Shown piece by piece: positions 43,172 to 53,420 of a stretch of DNA of 64,000 nt. Source of the stretch: Dehalococcoidia bacterium (GTDB lineage Bacteria; Chloroflexota; Dehalococcoidia; Lucifugimonadales; UBA3495); assembly GCA_965220605.1 (NCBI GenBank), contig CBDCQM010000005.1, forward strand, positions 729,565 through 793,564, in the 5' to 3' direction. The notes under the pieces are model-generated. The model saw nothing but the letters and a program-made list of their open reading frames with translations. It was not told the origin of the DNA and did no database searches. The first letter of the stretch is position 1. Each line of letters opens with the position of its first letter. The translations under genes and the position numbers were made by a program.

Positions 43172-46100
43172 CTACTGGAGTTTGATCAACGCCGCAAACA
43201 ACACTCCATCCCTGACTATTCCCTGGACGATTATAGTGTTACCCGCCGCCACCTCGTCCTGGAAAATGGTCAGAGGGACTATGGTGATCTGGTTCCCGGC
43301 CAGAAGGATCGACTCGACCCGGCCCTCGTCATCATGCCGTATCTCCTCGACAGCACCTCTGAGGATGAATCGGTGCACTCTCTCCTCGGCCGCTGTTTCC
43401 AGTGAACGAACGCTCTCGATCCTCCTGGCGATGAAGACGCCGCCGGATATCGCGCCGCTGACCTTCACCACGGTCCCGCCGGATATCGCACCCACTATTT
43501 CGGTGTCTCGGGAGACCCGCACGGTAATGCCGTTGACCACAATATCGACGGGGAACGGCGAAGGCGCTGCGAAAGGCAGGGCGACGGTCCCCTGCATCTG
43601 TACGGTGGGAAGAACTCCCACGCCGCCGGCGGGCAGCTGCTCTACGGTAACCGCCAGTATATCTCCGTTCACAACCACAGCCTGCACCACTACCGCCACG
43701 CCGGGGACCAACTCCATCTCCACCCTGGTCAACGCGTCGACAGCCACCGAAACGCCGTGAACTACAAAGCCCGCAACCGTTCCGTCGGCACGGGTTTCGA
43801 CGTTCTCCACCACCCCCGATACGCTGGCTTCTGTGCCTCCTGTGATACTTGGTCCATATCCCACGATTTCCCGCGCCAGCACGGAGCCGTCCCTTTGCAG
43901 GATACCGCGAACCTGTACCGGAGACCCCACTTGCAGGGAGGCATCGATTGAGGTAAGAGCAGTGGTGGATACGGGAATTCCGTTGACCACCAGGGTACCG
44001 TCGGCCTCGACCAGCTCAATGCGTCCCTCGATGTCAACAGGGTTCGCCTGAGTTTCGCGGGTCTCGTCGTATGCCGCCGAAAGGGCCACCTCCCGGGCCA
44101 GCAGGTCCCCGTTGCCCTGCAGTTCCGCCCTGACGCGCACGGTCGACCCGACCGACACTTCCCCTACAATTTTGGTCAGGTCGCTCAGAAGCACGGGCGC
44201 GCCATCCACCACCATCCACTGACCCTCGAGCCACCGGTCCAGCGTACCCCGGATGCTGACGGCCCGTACCAACCGCTCCTGCTCGGTAGCTATAGCCGAA
44301 ACCTCGGTTGCCAGCAGGTCTCCCCTTCCGCCGGTGGCAGTTACGGCAACACGCCGGCCCACCGACGGGCGGCCCGAAAGAACCGTGCTGGCGTCGACCC
44401 TGATGGACACTCCGCCCACGTTCCACTCGCCCTGGGAGGATATTTCTCTGAAAATGCCCTCTATGAAAACGGTATGCGCCGTGCCTGGCGTCGCGGATTC
44501 CCGTAGGTTTTCGATTTCGCGGGCGTAGAGCGATCCGTCGTCCCGGACGATTGCGGAAACCTTGACCGGCTGACCGGTGTTAGGAAGGCCGTCCGTGTAA
44601 GTGTGCCGGTCCACCACCAATTGCGTTGAGCTGACCGTCCAAAGCCCGGTTTCCGCATCGCGGCCCTGGAAGATACCGTGCATGATGGTGCGAAAGGCAA
44701 CCTGTCCCATACCTTGGTCATGCTCGATCTTTCGAGCCAGGAGGGACCCGTCGGGCAGCAACTCGGCTTCCACCAGTACGGCATCGCCCACGGACATTCC
44801 AGCGGTCATCTTGGTGTTGGCGTCCAGACCGACCTCGGTCGAGGACAGTATTATGTTGGCGTTTTCGGGATTGATTCCCTGGAAGATTCCGCGGACCAGG
44901 GCCACATTGGCCGGGTCGGCTACAGGGTCGGTGATCGACTCCGGCTCAGGGCCTGCAATCACGTTGATTTCCGTGAGTGAAGGGCCCCTCCGCTCGTCAG
45001 TCAAGACGTAAGATGCAACCACGAAGTCGCCGACGCCCAGTTCCACGCCGCCCTCGTGAAACTTTATCCCGACTGATTCGGACAGGCCAAAGGAGACCGT
45101 TGCGCTGTTCCCATCCAGGGGCTGGATTTCGATGCCGTTTGCGGTGAGTCCGCTGATCGTTCCCACAAAATGGCGGTTGCGGGTGCTGGCCGGCACCAGG
45201 TATACCTGTCTCGCTACCGTGCCGCCGATATTTTCCTTTAACGAAACGGCAACGTGGTCACCGACCGCAAGGTCTCGAAGGCCGTAGGCGGCCCGGCCAG
45301 GAACGCTGATCTCGGTACCGGAAACCACTGCCATGTCCACCAGCCCGCGGGCCGTCATCACGCCCAGCGTTCCCTCATCGATGAAATTGCGCCGAATCTT
45401 GAGCACCGCGCCGAAGAAGTCAAGCTGGGCAGGAGCAATGTTCGACCAGTCGGACTCGTTGCCGGACAGGTCTATGGCAGTGACGGAATACGAGAAAATA
45501 CCTTCGGGAGGCAGGGTCAGGTCTTTGAATCCGGTGCCGGACAACAGGGCGGTTACGGGGGTCCGGGGGCCGTCTCCGTCCTGCCGGTAAACGCGGTAAC
45601 CGCTCAGGTCCGCGTCCGGGCTTGCGGTCCACTCAAGCTGAGCAGTCCCGGCAGCGCGGTCCGAGTCGATCAGCATCACTCCCGTCGGGGGAGCGGGAGG
45701 CGTGAAGTCGGTCGTGCCGACCCTGACCACGCTGGACTTGGGGGATTCAAGACCCCAGGAATTTATCGCCGCCACCGCGTAGTAGTAACTGGCCCCGTCG
45801 GTGGTCCCCGGGTCGGCGTAGCTGGAGTCGGAAAGCAGCCATGCACGCCGAACAAAGGGGCCTGTCCTGGCGCGACTCAAGTAGACGGAATAGCCAAAGA
45901 TGTCCGGCTCGGGATTGTCCGCCCATTCCAGGGTCACCGAACCCGGCCGGGTGTCGGAAGCGTCGCCGCTCAGGCCAAGTGGCGCCCGCGGACCCTCCGG
46001 CAACTGTCGGCTGCCGGCCTCACAGGGAGAGTCCGAGACTATCTTCAGGTTGGCTCTCAGACCATCCAGATCGTACTGATAGCCTTCGCCATCGATCTCA

Positions 46101-47665
46101 ATGGCATTGCCCTCGCCACTTTCGACTAGAGAGTCGAGGTAGACGAACTCGTAGGAGCCTATCTGGTCCATCGTCAGGCTGGAACCGGCTGCCAGGGCGG
46201 GAGCAGGCTGGGTACATGCGGCCTCGCCGCCTGGCAGGGGGTTGTCCTGGTCGATCAACATGCCGTTGTACCAGAAGCGGAGGGGGTTGCCGAAGAACAC
46301 TGAATCGAAAGCGACCGCCGCAGCCGTGATGTTGATGTTCCCGGTGTTCTCGAGCACCACGGTGGCCCCGGCCTGCGCCGGGGGCCCGGATTCAATCGGC
46401 GCCGCTTTCGCAACCATGATGTCGCGGACGCCGCGGATGTCGCCGGTCCATCCAGCGACAACGAATCCGCCATCCTGGGACTGCACGATCGCCCTGGCCC
46501 CCGCGGAGACCGTACCGGGTCCCGCGGCCCTGGAAGCGCCAGGGTAGGCCCCGCTCCATTGCATCTGGCCGGAGGGGTCAGTCTTGACGACCCAGAACCG
46601 GTCCCCCTGGCTGAAGGACTCGGACCACCCGGCAAGGGCAAATCCCCCGTCCCCCGTCCGCACCAGCGAGTGGGCCGCATCCCTGGGTACCCCGCCGTAG
46701 GAGCGCTGCCACTGAAGCTCCCCTTGACTGTCGGTCTTCAGCAACCAGAAATCCGACAGCCCTGCGCCGCGGGACCAGGTGAAGCCACCCAGGGCGAAGC
46801 CGCCATCGTCAGTGGCGGCCAGTGAGCGGGCCTCATCGTTGTAGCTGCCGCCGTAGGTACGGCTCCAGATGGTGTTTCCGCCTGAGTCCAGCCTTATCAG
46901 CAGGGCATCGCTGCCTGTTTCGTCGGTGGACGAATTCCCCGCAATGACAAGGTTCCCGGAGGAAGTCTCAGTGACGTCGTAGGCCACTCCTCCGGATGAA
47001 TCCGACAGGTCGCGGTCCCATTGAACGGCGCCGGCAGAATCGGTCTTGAGGACCCGGATGGAGCTGCCTGTAACGGCTGTGGACCTGCCGACGAGGACAT
47101 ACCCCCCGTCGCTGGTCTGGCGCACCGCCCTCGCGGAGCCGGTCGTTGGTCCGGGCGCAGCAGGCGCGCCCTGGGAGTCTCCGTAGTTGCGCTGCCACTC
47201 CTCGAACCCCTCGGAATCGACCTTGATCAGCCAGAAGTTGCTGTCCGGGGAAGCGGCTCCACCGGGAGAGCCGGTCTCGCCGGCCAGCACGAACCCTCCG
47301 TCGGTCGTCCCGTGAACGTCGAAAAAGATGTCGTTGTTTGCTCCGCCGTAGGTGTGGGACCATAACTCGTTCCCTTGCGCATCCAGCTTGACGAGCCACC
47401 CGTCTTTCGCTCCCGCGCCGAATGTGCGTGTCTCTCCCGCGACCACGTATCCGCCGTCCGCGGCAAGGGCGACGGCGTGGGCAAAGTCGTCCCCCTCTCC
47501 TCCAAGGGTTACCCTCCATTCCGGGTCGGCCTGGGCCGAGGCCGTGCCCCCGCCAAGAACGGCGAAAACAACAGCCAGCGTCGCAGCCGCCAAGCCGGCC
47601 AGTCTGCGGACGCGACCATAATTGGGGACCCTCAACCCTGTACACACATTCAAGAAATTGCTCAA
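43172..47665 (-). CDS. 1497-aa secreted protein: 7 beta-propeller-like repeats, 2 FN3-like domains, about 8 DUF5666-like repeats
   Basis: Signal/anchor LAGLAAATLAVVFAVLGGGTASAQA. Seven repeats of ..DGG(Y/F)V(L/V)AG..D.WL(V/I/L)K.D..G...W. FN3-like segments (VTLEWADNP...GYSVY; AQLEWTASP...GYRVY). Recurrent G..V.V.A...DGSLLAR.IE units. Confidence 0.8.
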   Translation of the reverse strand: MSNFLNVCTGLRVPNYGRVRRLAGLAAATLAVVFAVLGGGTASAQADPEWRVTLGGEGDDFAHAVALAADGGYVVAGETRTFGAGAKDGWLVKLDAQGNELWSHTYGGANNDIFFDVHGTTDGGFVLAGETGSPGGAASPDSNFWLIKVDSEGFEEWQRNYGDSQGAPAAPGPTTGSARAVRQTSDGGYVLVGRSTAVTGSSIRVLKTDSAGAVQWDRDLSDSSGGVAYDVTETSSGNLVIAGNSSTDETGSDALLIRLDSGGNTIWSRTYGGSYNDEARSLAATDDGGFALGGFTWSRGAGLSDFWLLKTDSQGELQWQRSYGGVPRDAAHSLVRTGDGGFALAGWSESFSQGDRFWVVKTDPSGQMQWSGAYPGASRAAGPGTVSAGARAIVQSQDGGFVVAGWTGDIRGVRDIMVAKAAPIESGPPAQAGATVVLENTGNINITAAAVAFDSVFFGNPLRFWYNGMLIDQDNPLPGGEAACTQPAPALAAGSSLTMDQIGSYEFVYLDSLVESGEGNAIEIDGEGYQYDLDGLRANLKIVSDSPCEAGSRQLPEGPRAPLGLSGDASDTRPGSVTLEWADNPEPDIFGYSVYLSRARTGPFVRRAWLLSDSSYADPGTTDGASYYYAVAAINSWGLESPKSSVVRVGTTDFTPPAPPTGVMLIDSDRAAGTAQLEWTASPDADLSGYRVYRQDGDGPRTPVTALLSGTGFKDLTLPPEGIFSYSVTAIDLSGNESDWSNIAPAQLDFFGAVLKIRRNFIDEGTLGVMTARGLVDMAVVSGTEISVPGRAAYGLRDLAVGDHVAVSLKENIGGTVARQVYLVPASTRNRHFVGTISGLTANGIEIQPLDGNSATVSFGLSESVGIKFHEGGVELGVGDFVVASYVLTDERRGPSLTEINVIAGPEPESITDPVADPANVALVRGIFQGINPENANIILSSTEVGLDANTKMTAGMSVGDAVLVEAELLPDGSLLARKIEHDQGMGQVAFRTIMHGIFQGRDAETGLWTVSSTQLVVDRHTYTDGLPNTGQPVKVSAIVRDDGSLYAREIENLRESATPGTAHTVFIEGIFREISSQGEWNVGGVSIRVDASTVLSGRPSVGRRVAVTATGGRGDLLATEVSAIATEQERLVRAVSIRGTLDRWLEGQWMVVDGAPVLLSDLTKIVGEVSVGSTVRVRAELQGNGDLLAREVALSAAYDETRETQANPVDIEGRIELVEADGTLVVNGIPVSTTALTSIDASLQVGSPVQVRGILQRDGSVLAREIVGYGPSITGGTEASVSGVVENVETRADGTVAGFVVHGVSVAVDALTRVEMELVPGVAVVVQAVVVNGDILAVTVEQLPAGGVGVLPTVQMQGTVALPFAAPSPFPVDIVVNGITVRVSRDTEIVGAISGGTVVKVSGAISGGVFIARRIESVRSLETAAEERVHRFILRGAVEEIRHDDEGRVESILLAGNQITIVPLTIFQDEVAAGNTIIVQGIVRDGVLFAALIKLQ

Positions 47666-47755
47666 AATCGACTGGGGACGGTGCGTTCCCCAAATACACC
47701 TAATCCTTCTGCGGGTTACCGTTGTGTTACATCTCCCTGCGCCCCGGGTCGCACC

Positions 47756-48610
47756 CTAACCACCTGGGGGCCGATAAATCACAGCAATAACCGTGCTCAA
47801 GGTCTGACCGTCGTCGTTGGTGGCCACCACGTCTATCAAGTTCGGACCCTCATCCAGAAACAGGGTCGATGAGAAGTAGCCAAACCGGTTGACCGGGACG
47901 GACCGGCCGTTGATGCTGACGATGGCATTGGGTCCGGTGCGCCCGGCAAGGGGCAGAGCGGGACTCGATACCACGCTTTCATTCTCCGGCTCAGTGATCA
48001 GGAGAAGGAAGGGCAAAGCAAGGGAAATCACCTGGCGGGAAACTCTTACTGTAGCTCCTTCACCATTGGCCGCCACCACGGAAATCGTGTTCTCACCCGG
48101 GTCCAGCGGCACCTGGGATCTGAACCCGCCCTGCCGGTCCACCTCGGTTTCGACGCCGGAAACCTCAACGCTGCTCCCCGGGTCCGTCTGGCCATACACG
48201 GCCACGGTGTTTCCGGGCACGGTGGCCCCTTCTTCCGGGGCGAATACCTGCAGAAACGGCCTGTCCGAAGGGCCTGCCGCCGGTCGGGTTGGGGCGGGAG
48301 GCGTTCCGGTGGCGGAAGATTCCAGGGTCGGAGTGGGCTCCACAGTGGATGTTGCCTGTCTTGTAGCAGTAGGCTCAGGCGTAGGCGTTGCAGCAGGGGA
48401 CGGCTCCTCCGTAGGAGCGGCAAGCGTGGGAACTTCCGCAACGGGAGTCGGGCTGGGGGAAGTATCCGGGCGCGGAAGCGGAGTAACGCAACCCAACTGG
48501 CCCACCGCCAGGATGGCGGCCGCCAACAGGGGCACCACGAGGAGCATCAATGGGCGGGACCGGCGGGATGGTGTCAGCGGAGGCCCCTCGTTCGTTATTT
48601 CCCTGTTCAC
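47756..48610 (-). CDS. Exported protein with a Pro/Thr/Glu-rich linker and two Ig-like beta-sandwich repeats
   Basis: TM/signal LMLLVVPLLAAAILAV. A P/T/E-rich tract, then two related units (VFAPEEGATVPGNTVAVYGQTDPGSSVEV...; ITEPENESVVSSPALPLAGRTGPNAIVSI...). GTG start overlaps the HK stop (GTGA). Confidence 0.6.
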   Translation of the reverse strand: MNREITNEGPPLTPSRRSRPLMLLVVPLLAAAILAVGQLGCVTPLPRPDTSPSPTPVAEVPTLAAPTEEPSPAATPTPEPTATRQATSTVEPTPTLESSATGTPPAPTRPAAGPSDRPFLQVFAPEEGATVPGNTVAVYGQTDPGSSVEVSGVETEVDRQGGFRSQVPLDPGENTISVVAANGEGATVRVSRQVISLALPFLLLITEPENESVVSSPALPLAGRTGPNAIVSINGRSVPVNRFGYFSSTLFLDEGPNLIDVVATNDDGQTLSTVIAVIYRPPGG

Positions 48611-49620
48611 CGGCCAGTCAGGGGCAGGGACAACAGGAAAGAAGTGTGGTGCCCATCCTGTGGTTCCGGCGCCGACTCAACCGTAACGTCCCCGCCGCAA
48701 CGGCGGGCCAGGGTTCGGGCTATGAATAGTCCAAGACCTGAGCTGGTCTTTTCCTCCCTCTGTCCCACTTCGGGGGTCCAACCCCGGTCGAAGACGTACT
48801 CAAGGTATTGCGCCGCGATGCCCGGCCCGTCATCCCACACTCCTATGTGGAACCTGGCGTCGTCGCGGGTGAGAGTGACGTCGACGCGGGATTCGGCATG
48901 AGCCACCGCGTTGTCGACGAGGTTGGTGACGATGTGCTCAATGGCATGGGGGTCGGAGGAAGCCATCCCGAACTCGGCCGGTTCCGCCCACCAGGTAATT
49001 TCCTTGTTCAGTTCAGCAGCCACCGGGGTGTACCGGTCGGCAATACGCCGCACGATCTGGGAGGGTTCCACGGGAGAGGACGAGGGAGGGTCTCCCGGAG
49101 CCTCCAACTGGACCAGCACTTCGATGTTGGAGAGCATGAGCCGGAAGTTGGGCGTCTGGCGGGCGATCTCGTCCATCAACTCCTGGACGGTTGGGTTGAA
49201 CTGCTCACCCGCAGCCTCCAGGGCCGCCTGCACCTCTCGCTGCTTTCCTGCGATACGGCGGAGTGGCCGGCCCAGATCGTGGTCGAAGAGCCTGAAAAAC
49301 TGTTCAGTGGTCTCTCTCCAGTGGTTGTTCTGCTCTTCCCGCGTCCATTCACCCTCGTCCGGGGCGTTGCCGTTCAGCACGGCCGCGCCCATGCCGAGTC
49401 CGGTTGCCCCCAAACCCGTCATGAGCAACAGGGCCCCGATGTAGGTCAAAGGCTCCACGCCCCAGAGGTTGTCGAAAATCTCCGGGCTGGCAAAGGGGGC
49501 CACAATGATGCAAACGAGCCCCGCAAACGCCACGGTCAAGCTGGCGGCGCAGAGCGCAAGGAGAAGGCGCGAATGCTTCCACAGGGGCGATGCCGGGCGC
49601 TTCACGATCCCCAACGCCAT
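48607..49620 (-). CDS. Sensor histidine kinase
   Basis: Two N-terminal TM helices, an H-box (FDHDLGRPL), an N-box (IVTNLVDNAVAHA) and G-boxes (DDGPGI; GLGLFIA). Confidence 0.8.
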   Translation of the reverse strand: MALGIVKRPASPLWKHSRLLLALCAASLTVAFAGLVCIIVAPFASPEIFDNLWGVEPLTYIGALLLMTGLGATGLGMGAAVLNGNAPDEGEWTREEQNNHWRETTEQFFRLFDHDLGRPLRRIAGKQREVQAALEAAGEQFNPTVQELMDEIARQTPNFRLMLSNIEVLVQLEAPGDPPSSSPVEPSQIVRRIADRYTPVAAELNKEITWWAEPAEFGMASSDPHAIEHIVTNLVDNAVAHAESRVDVTLTRDDARFHIGVWDDGPGIAAQYLEYVFDRGWTPEVGQREEKTSSGLGLFIARTLARRCGGDVTVESAPEPQDGHHTSFLLSLPLTGR

Positions 49621-49644
49621 GCCAGTTCCCTCTCGTTGCCGGCC

Positions 49645-50436
49645 TCAGCCCCTGGGCGGAGACAAGCGGTAACCCCGGTCACGCACATTGAGGATCAATT
49701 CGTCCGGACCGAATCGCGTCCCAAGCGCCCGTCCCAGTGAGTCCTTTATCTCCCGTATTCTAACTCTTAGGGAAGCCCTTGGGTCTTCACCCTCGGAATA
49801 CCGCTCGAGGCGTGAGAAAGGCACCAATTCGCCGGGGCTGCGGTACCAGGCGGTGGCCAACTCTCTGAAAATCTCGAACTTCATGCCCTGGATGTCGTTA
49901 ACAGGCCGACTGCCGACATCTTCCGCTACCAGGACCAGTTCGGAAACGGTGTCCAGGACTATTCCGCCGCCCACCGTAATCCGGTCCGGGGAAACCCCCA
50001 TGAGTCGGCGCAATCGAAGAACAACCTCATCCGTACCGGCCAGCTTGTCAATGAAGTCGACCGGTGCGTCCCACTTCAGAGCGTTGCGGGCTGCGAGTTC
50101 ACGTTCCGGCCCCTGGGTGTACTGGGTAAACATGAGGACCGGGAGACGAGGCCATCGGTTCACGATCTGCACCAGGATGTCCAGGCCCTTGAATCGGTCG
50201 TCGGCATGGTCTCCGAACCTGACGTCCAGAAGTACCGCATCGGGGCCGAGTTCCTCGATGTCCCACAAGGCGGTCGCCTCGAACTCGTCGCTCAGGGAGC
50301 CGCCGCCGAGATCGGGCTGCACCACCATGGTACGCCAGCCCTCCTCCTCCATGCGCTGGCGAATGACGCGCATGATGGACGATTCGGCTTCGTCGTCCAC
50401 GATCAGTATTTTGTGAGCAGGCCGTCTCGCTGCCAT
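49645..50436 (-). CDS. Response regulator with a C-terminal winged-helix (OmpR/PhoB-type) DNA-binding domain
   Basis: KILIVDDE..., ...VLLDVRF... (receiver Asp) and C-terminal ...LRVRIREIKDSL...ILNVRDRGYRL. The receiver domain has atypical insertions. Confidence 0.75.
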   Translation of the reverse strand: MAARRPAHKILIVDDEAESSIMRVIRQRMEEEGWRTMVVQPDLGGGSLSDEFEATALWDIEELGPDAVLLDVRFGDHADDRFKGLDILVQIVNRWPRLPVLMFTQYTQGPERELAARNALKWDAPVDFIDKLAGTDEVVLRLRRLMGVSPDRITVGGGIVLDTVSELVLVAEDVGSRPVNDIQGMKFEIFRELATAWYRSPGELVPFSRLERYSEGEDPRASLRVRIREIKDSLGRALGTRFGPDELILNVRDRGYRLSPPRG

Positions 50437-50646
50437 ATTCCCCGTCCGGGTTGACCACTCCAAGTGTTTGCATTTTATCAAAGTCAGCCCGCCGCAAGCT
50501 CCATGAGAGGGTGACGTGTTTATGGCAGGTTGACAAGGGACTCTTCACCTATACAATTGGCCCCGCAGCCTCACACTCCCTGGGGTGTATTGTGCCTTGT
50601 CGGGCAATTGGGCACGATTTCCAGACCGTTCAGATGGAGGTAGGAC

Positions 50647-51819
50647 ATGATAACCAAATTCGGAAGCTTGTTCGCGGGCCATGTTGATCTGGAGAACATC
50701 GGCCTGGACGGAACCCCCGTCAATGAGCGATGGCTGCCCGATCAGGAGCTGGCGGGTGTCTTCGACAAGACTGAAGCGATCGTGCTGAAGATGGAGGAGA
50801 TGGGCTATGACACATTCTGGACGGCCGAGCACCATTTCCAGCGGGAAGGATACGAATGCCTCCCCAACCTGCTCCTCCTTTATGTCCACTTGGCGCACAT
50901 GACCAAGAACCTCAAGTTCGGCTGCGGGTTCAATATCAACCCAATGTGGCACCCTCTCCGACTGGCCGAGGACTATGCCATGGCCGACATCCTCACCGGA
51001 GGCCGGGTGATTTTCGGTGTTGGCCGAGGCTACCACTCCAGGGAGGTAGACACCTTCGGAGTGCCCAGCACCCTGAGCGACAACGAAGCCAACCGCGAGA
51101 TGTTCGAGGAACAGGTCGAAGTCATAATGAAGGCCTTCCACGAAGAGTCTTTCTCGCACCAGGGCAAGTACTTCCAGATCCCGCCTGAGGTCCCATATCG
51201 AGGCTACACCCTCAAGGAGCTCACCTTGGTGCCCCGGCCGGTCAACCTTCCCGTCGAGACGTGGCAGCCGGTGGTCAGCGCAAGCCAGCGGGCCTTTGAT
51301 TTTATGGCCAAGTACAACATGAAGGGCATCATGGGCGGTGGAGCCGCAGCGGGCGGCGCCGCCGAGGGCGTGATGCGACAGTGGCGGGATACCCTCCGGG
51401 CCCGCGGTCGTGATGCCCAACTGGGCGAGGACCTCGCCGTCGGCTATACCATTCACATCGCCGAGACCGAGGAAAAGGCGATCAAAGAGGCCCGTGTCTT
51501 CTTTGAGGAGAACATGAAAATGTTCGCTCCGCTGGGCTTTGTCCGTGGCCTGTCCGAAGATCAGATACGCGCGATCGAGGATCCCCGGCGGGCACGCGGG
51601 GCCGGATTGCCCACCTTGGAGGACGGCATCAAGGCAGGATCGTGGCTGTGCGGCCCGCCGGAACTGCTGGTAGAAAAGCTGGAGGCCGTGCAGGATGCCT
51701 ACCCGGGCCTCAACCAGATAAACGTCGGCTCGGTCATCGGTACGCCGCAGAACGTCATAGTCGAGCAGTTGGAGGCCTTCGGCAGGGACGTGATGCCCAA
51801 ATTCAAGGCGCGGGCTTAG
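50647..51819 (+). CDS. LLM-class (luciferase-like) flavin-dependent oxidoreductase
   Basis: GYDTFWTAEHHF...GRVIFGVGRGYH... 390 aa. Confidence 0.85.
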   Translation: MITKFGSLFAGHVDLENIGLDGTPVNERWLPDQELAGVFDKTEAIVLKMEEMGYDTFWTAEHHFQREGYECLPNLLLLYVHLAHMTKNLKFGCGFNINPMWHPLRLAEDYAMADILTGGRVIFGVGRGYHSREVDTFGVPSTLSDNEANREMFEEQVEVIMKAFHEESFSHQGKYFQIPPEVPYRGYTLKELTLVPRPVNLPVETWQPVVSASQRAFDFMAKYNMKGIMGGGAAAGGAAEGVMRQWRDTLRARGRDAQLGEDLAVGYTIHIAETEEKAIKEARVFFEENMKMFAPLGFVRGLSEDQIRAIEDPRRARGAGLPTLEDGIKAGSWLCGPPELLVEKLEAVQDAYPGLNQINVGSVIGTPQNVIVEQLEAFGRDVMPKFKARA

Positions 51820-51822
51820 TCT

Positions 51823-51924
51823 GAACCGTGATTCGTCTGATTCCATGATGGATATGACAGGCCAGCTAAAAATCATGTCCACTAAAAATCATGTCCATCA
51901 GATAAATCACAAAAATCACAGTTC
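51823..51924. repeat. Palindromic element family C (GAACYGTGATTCGYCTGATT ends) with an internal 17-nt direct repeat
   Basis: gaaccgtgattcgtctgatt...ctaaaaatcatgtccactaaaaatcatgtcca...aatcacaaaaatcacagttc. A related left arm occurs at 54403-54422. Confidence 0.45.
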
Positions 51925-51940
51925 AGACAAAGGAGGAACG

Positions 51941-53242
51941 ATGACTCAACAACTGTCCGAAGCCGAGTTGCTGGATCTGGCCCGGAAGTTCAGCTTTCGC
52001 AGCCGCATCGACAAGAACGTAGTCACCGGCCCCATCATGGTGTGGGGCCGAGGCTCGGTGGTGAGGGACGTCAATGGCAAGGAGTATCTGGACTTCAACT
52101 CCGGCCAGATGTGCGCCGCATTGGGCCATAACCATCCTCGCATAGTGCAGGCCCTGCACGAGAGCGGAGAAACCCTGATCCACAGCCACATGAGCATGTT
52201 CAACGACCGGGAAATCATCCTTGCCGCCCGGCTGGCGGAGATTTCTCCCCAAGGAATGAACCGCTCGATGTTCCTGACCTCCGGCAGCGACTCCAACGAG
52301 GCGGCGATGGCCATCGCCAAGCGCTACACCGGCGGGTACGAAATAGCCAGCCCCGCGGTCAGCTTCCATGGAATGAACGACAGCACCCGCGCTGTCACCT
52401 TCTCCGGCTGGCACGAAGGCTATGGCCCCTATGCCCCCGGTCATTACCCGATCATCGCCCCGTACCGCTACCGCTGCCGGTTCTGCAAAGACCGGGCCGC
52501 GTGCGACTACTCGTGCCTCGACACCAGTTTTGAGTTGCTGGACGCCCAGGCCGACGGGCCGCTGGCGGCAGTGATCACGGAACCTCTGTTCAGCGCTGGG
52601 GGCGTCATCGACCTCCCGGAGGGCTGGCTGGGGGAACTGAAACGCCGTTGCGAGGCCCGGGGCGCCCTGCTGATAGTGGACGAGGCCCAGACAGGACTGG
52701 CGAAGCTGGGAACCATGTGGGCATTTGAGCAGGAGGGCGTCGTTCCCGACATCTTCACGATCTCCAAGCACTTTGGTGGCGGAGTAGCCATCAGTGCGGC
52801 GATCACGACGGATGAGATCGAAGAAAAGGCGTCAGAATCGGGACTGGTGGTGGGGCACTCCCACTCCAACGATCCAATGCCCTGCCACGCCGCCATCGCA
52901 AGCATCGACATCATCCTGGAGGAGATGCTGACGGACGTAGCCCAGCGCATCGGCGACTACTGGCGGGAACACCTCGAACGGCTGGCGTCGCGCCACGAGA
53001 TCATCGGCGACATCAGGGGACGTGGGCTGCTGCAAGGCATAGAACTGGTCACCGATCGGGAGACCCGCGAGCCGGCCTACGCACAGGGCCGGGAGATAGG
53101 TCGCCGCTGCCTGGAAAACGGCCTGATAATGAGTGTTCGGCGCGCCGGGTCCGTGTTCCGCTTCGTTCCACCCTTCACCACCACCGAGGCGCAGATGGAC
53201 GAGGCCGCCGAGATTCTGGATGGGGCTATGGCTTCGATATGA
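51941..53242 (+). CDS. Class III (omega) aminotransferase
   Basis: 433 aa from ATG 51941 (AGGAGG upstream). ...LIVDEAQTGLAKLG...FTISKHFGGG... (PLP lysine context). Confidence 0.85.
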   Translation: MTQQLSEAELLDLARKFSFRSRIDKNVVTGPIMVWGRGSVVRDVNGKEYLDFNSGQMCAALGHNHPRIVQALHESGETLIHSHMSMFNDREIILAARLAEISPQGMNRSMFLTSGSDSNEAAMAIAKRYTGGYEIASPAVSFHGMNDSTRAVTFSGWHEGYGPYAPGHYPIIAPYRYRCRFCKDRAACDYSCLDTSFELLDAQADGPLAAVITEPLFSAGGVIDLPEGWLGELKRRCEARGALLIVDEAQTGLAKLGTMWAFEQEGVVPDIFTISKHFGGGVAISAAITTDEIEEKASESGLVVGHSHSNDPMPCHAAIASIDIILEEMLTDVAQRIGDYWREHLERLASRHEIIGDIRGRGLLQGIELVTDRETREPAYAQGREIGRRCLENGLIMSVRRAGSVFRFVPPFTTTEAQMDEAAEILDGAMASI

Positions 53243-53420
53243 TTGCCCTGACCATTGGAACCAGTTCTTTGGGGACGACCATTACGGTCTCGTCGTAGGT
53301 AATGAACGCCGTCTCGTCCTCTTCAGCGGCGGCGTCATCCGACTGATTCTCGTAGTGTTCCAAAACTTCCTTGACCCTGTGTGCATCCCATCCGGAAGGG
53401 TATTCGTTGGGATCTCTCAT
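53226..53420 (-). CDS. Small acidic antitoxin-like protein
   Basis: 64 aa. MRDPNEYPSGWDAHRVKEVLEHYENQSDDAAAEEDETAF... The ATG overlaps the stop of the upstream toxin-like frame (ATGA). The 3' end overlaps the convergent aminotransferase gene by 17 nt. Confidence 0.5.
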   Translation of the reverse strand: MRDPNEYPSGWDAHRVKEVLEHYENQSDDAAAEEDETAFITYDETVMVVPKELVPMVRAIISKP

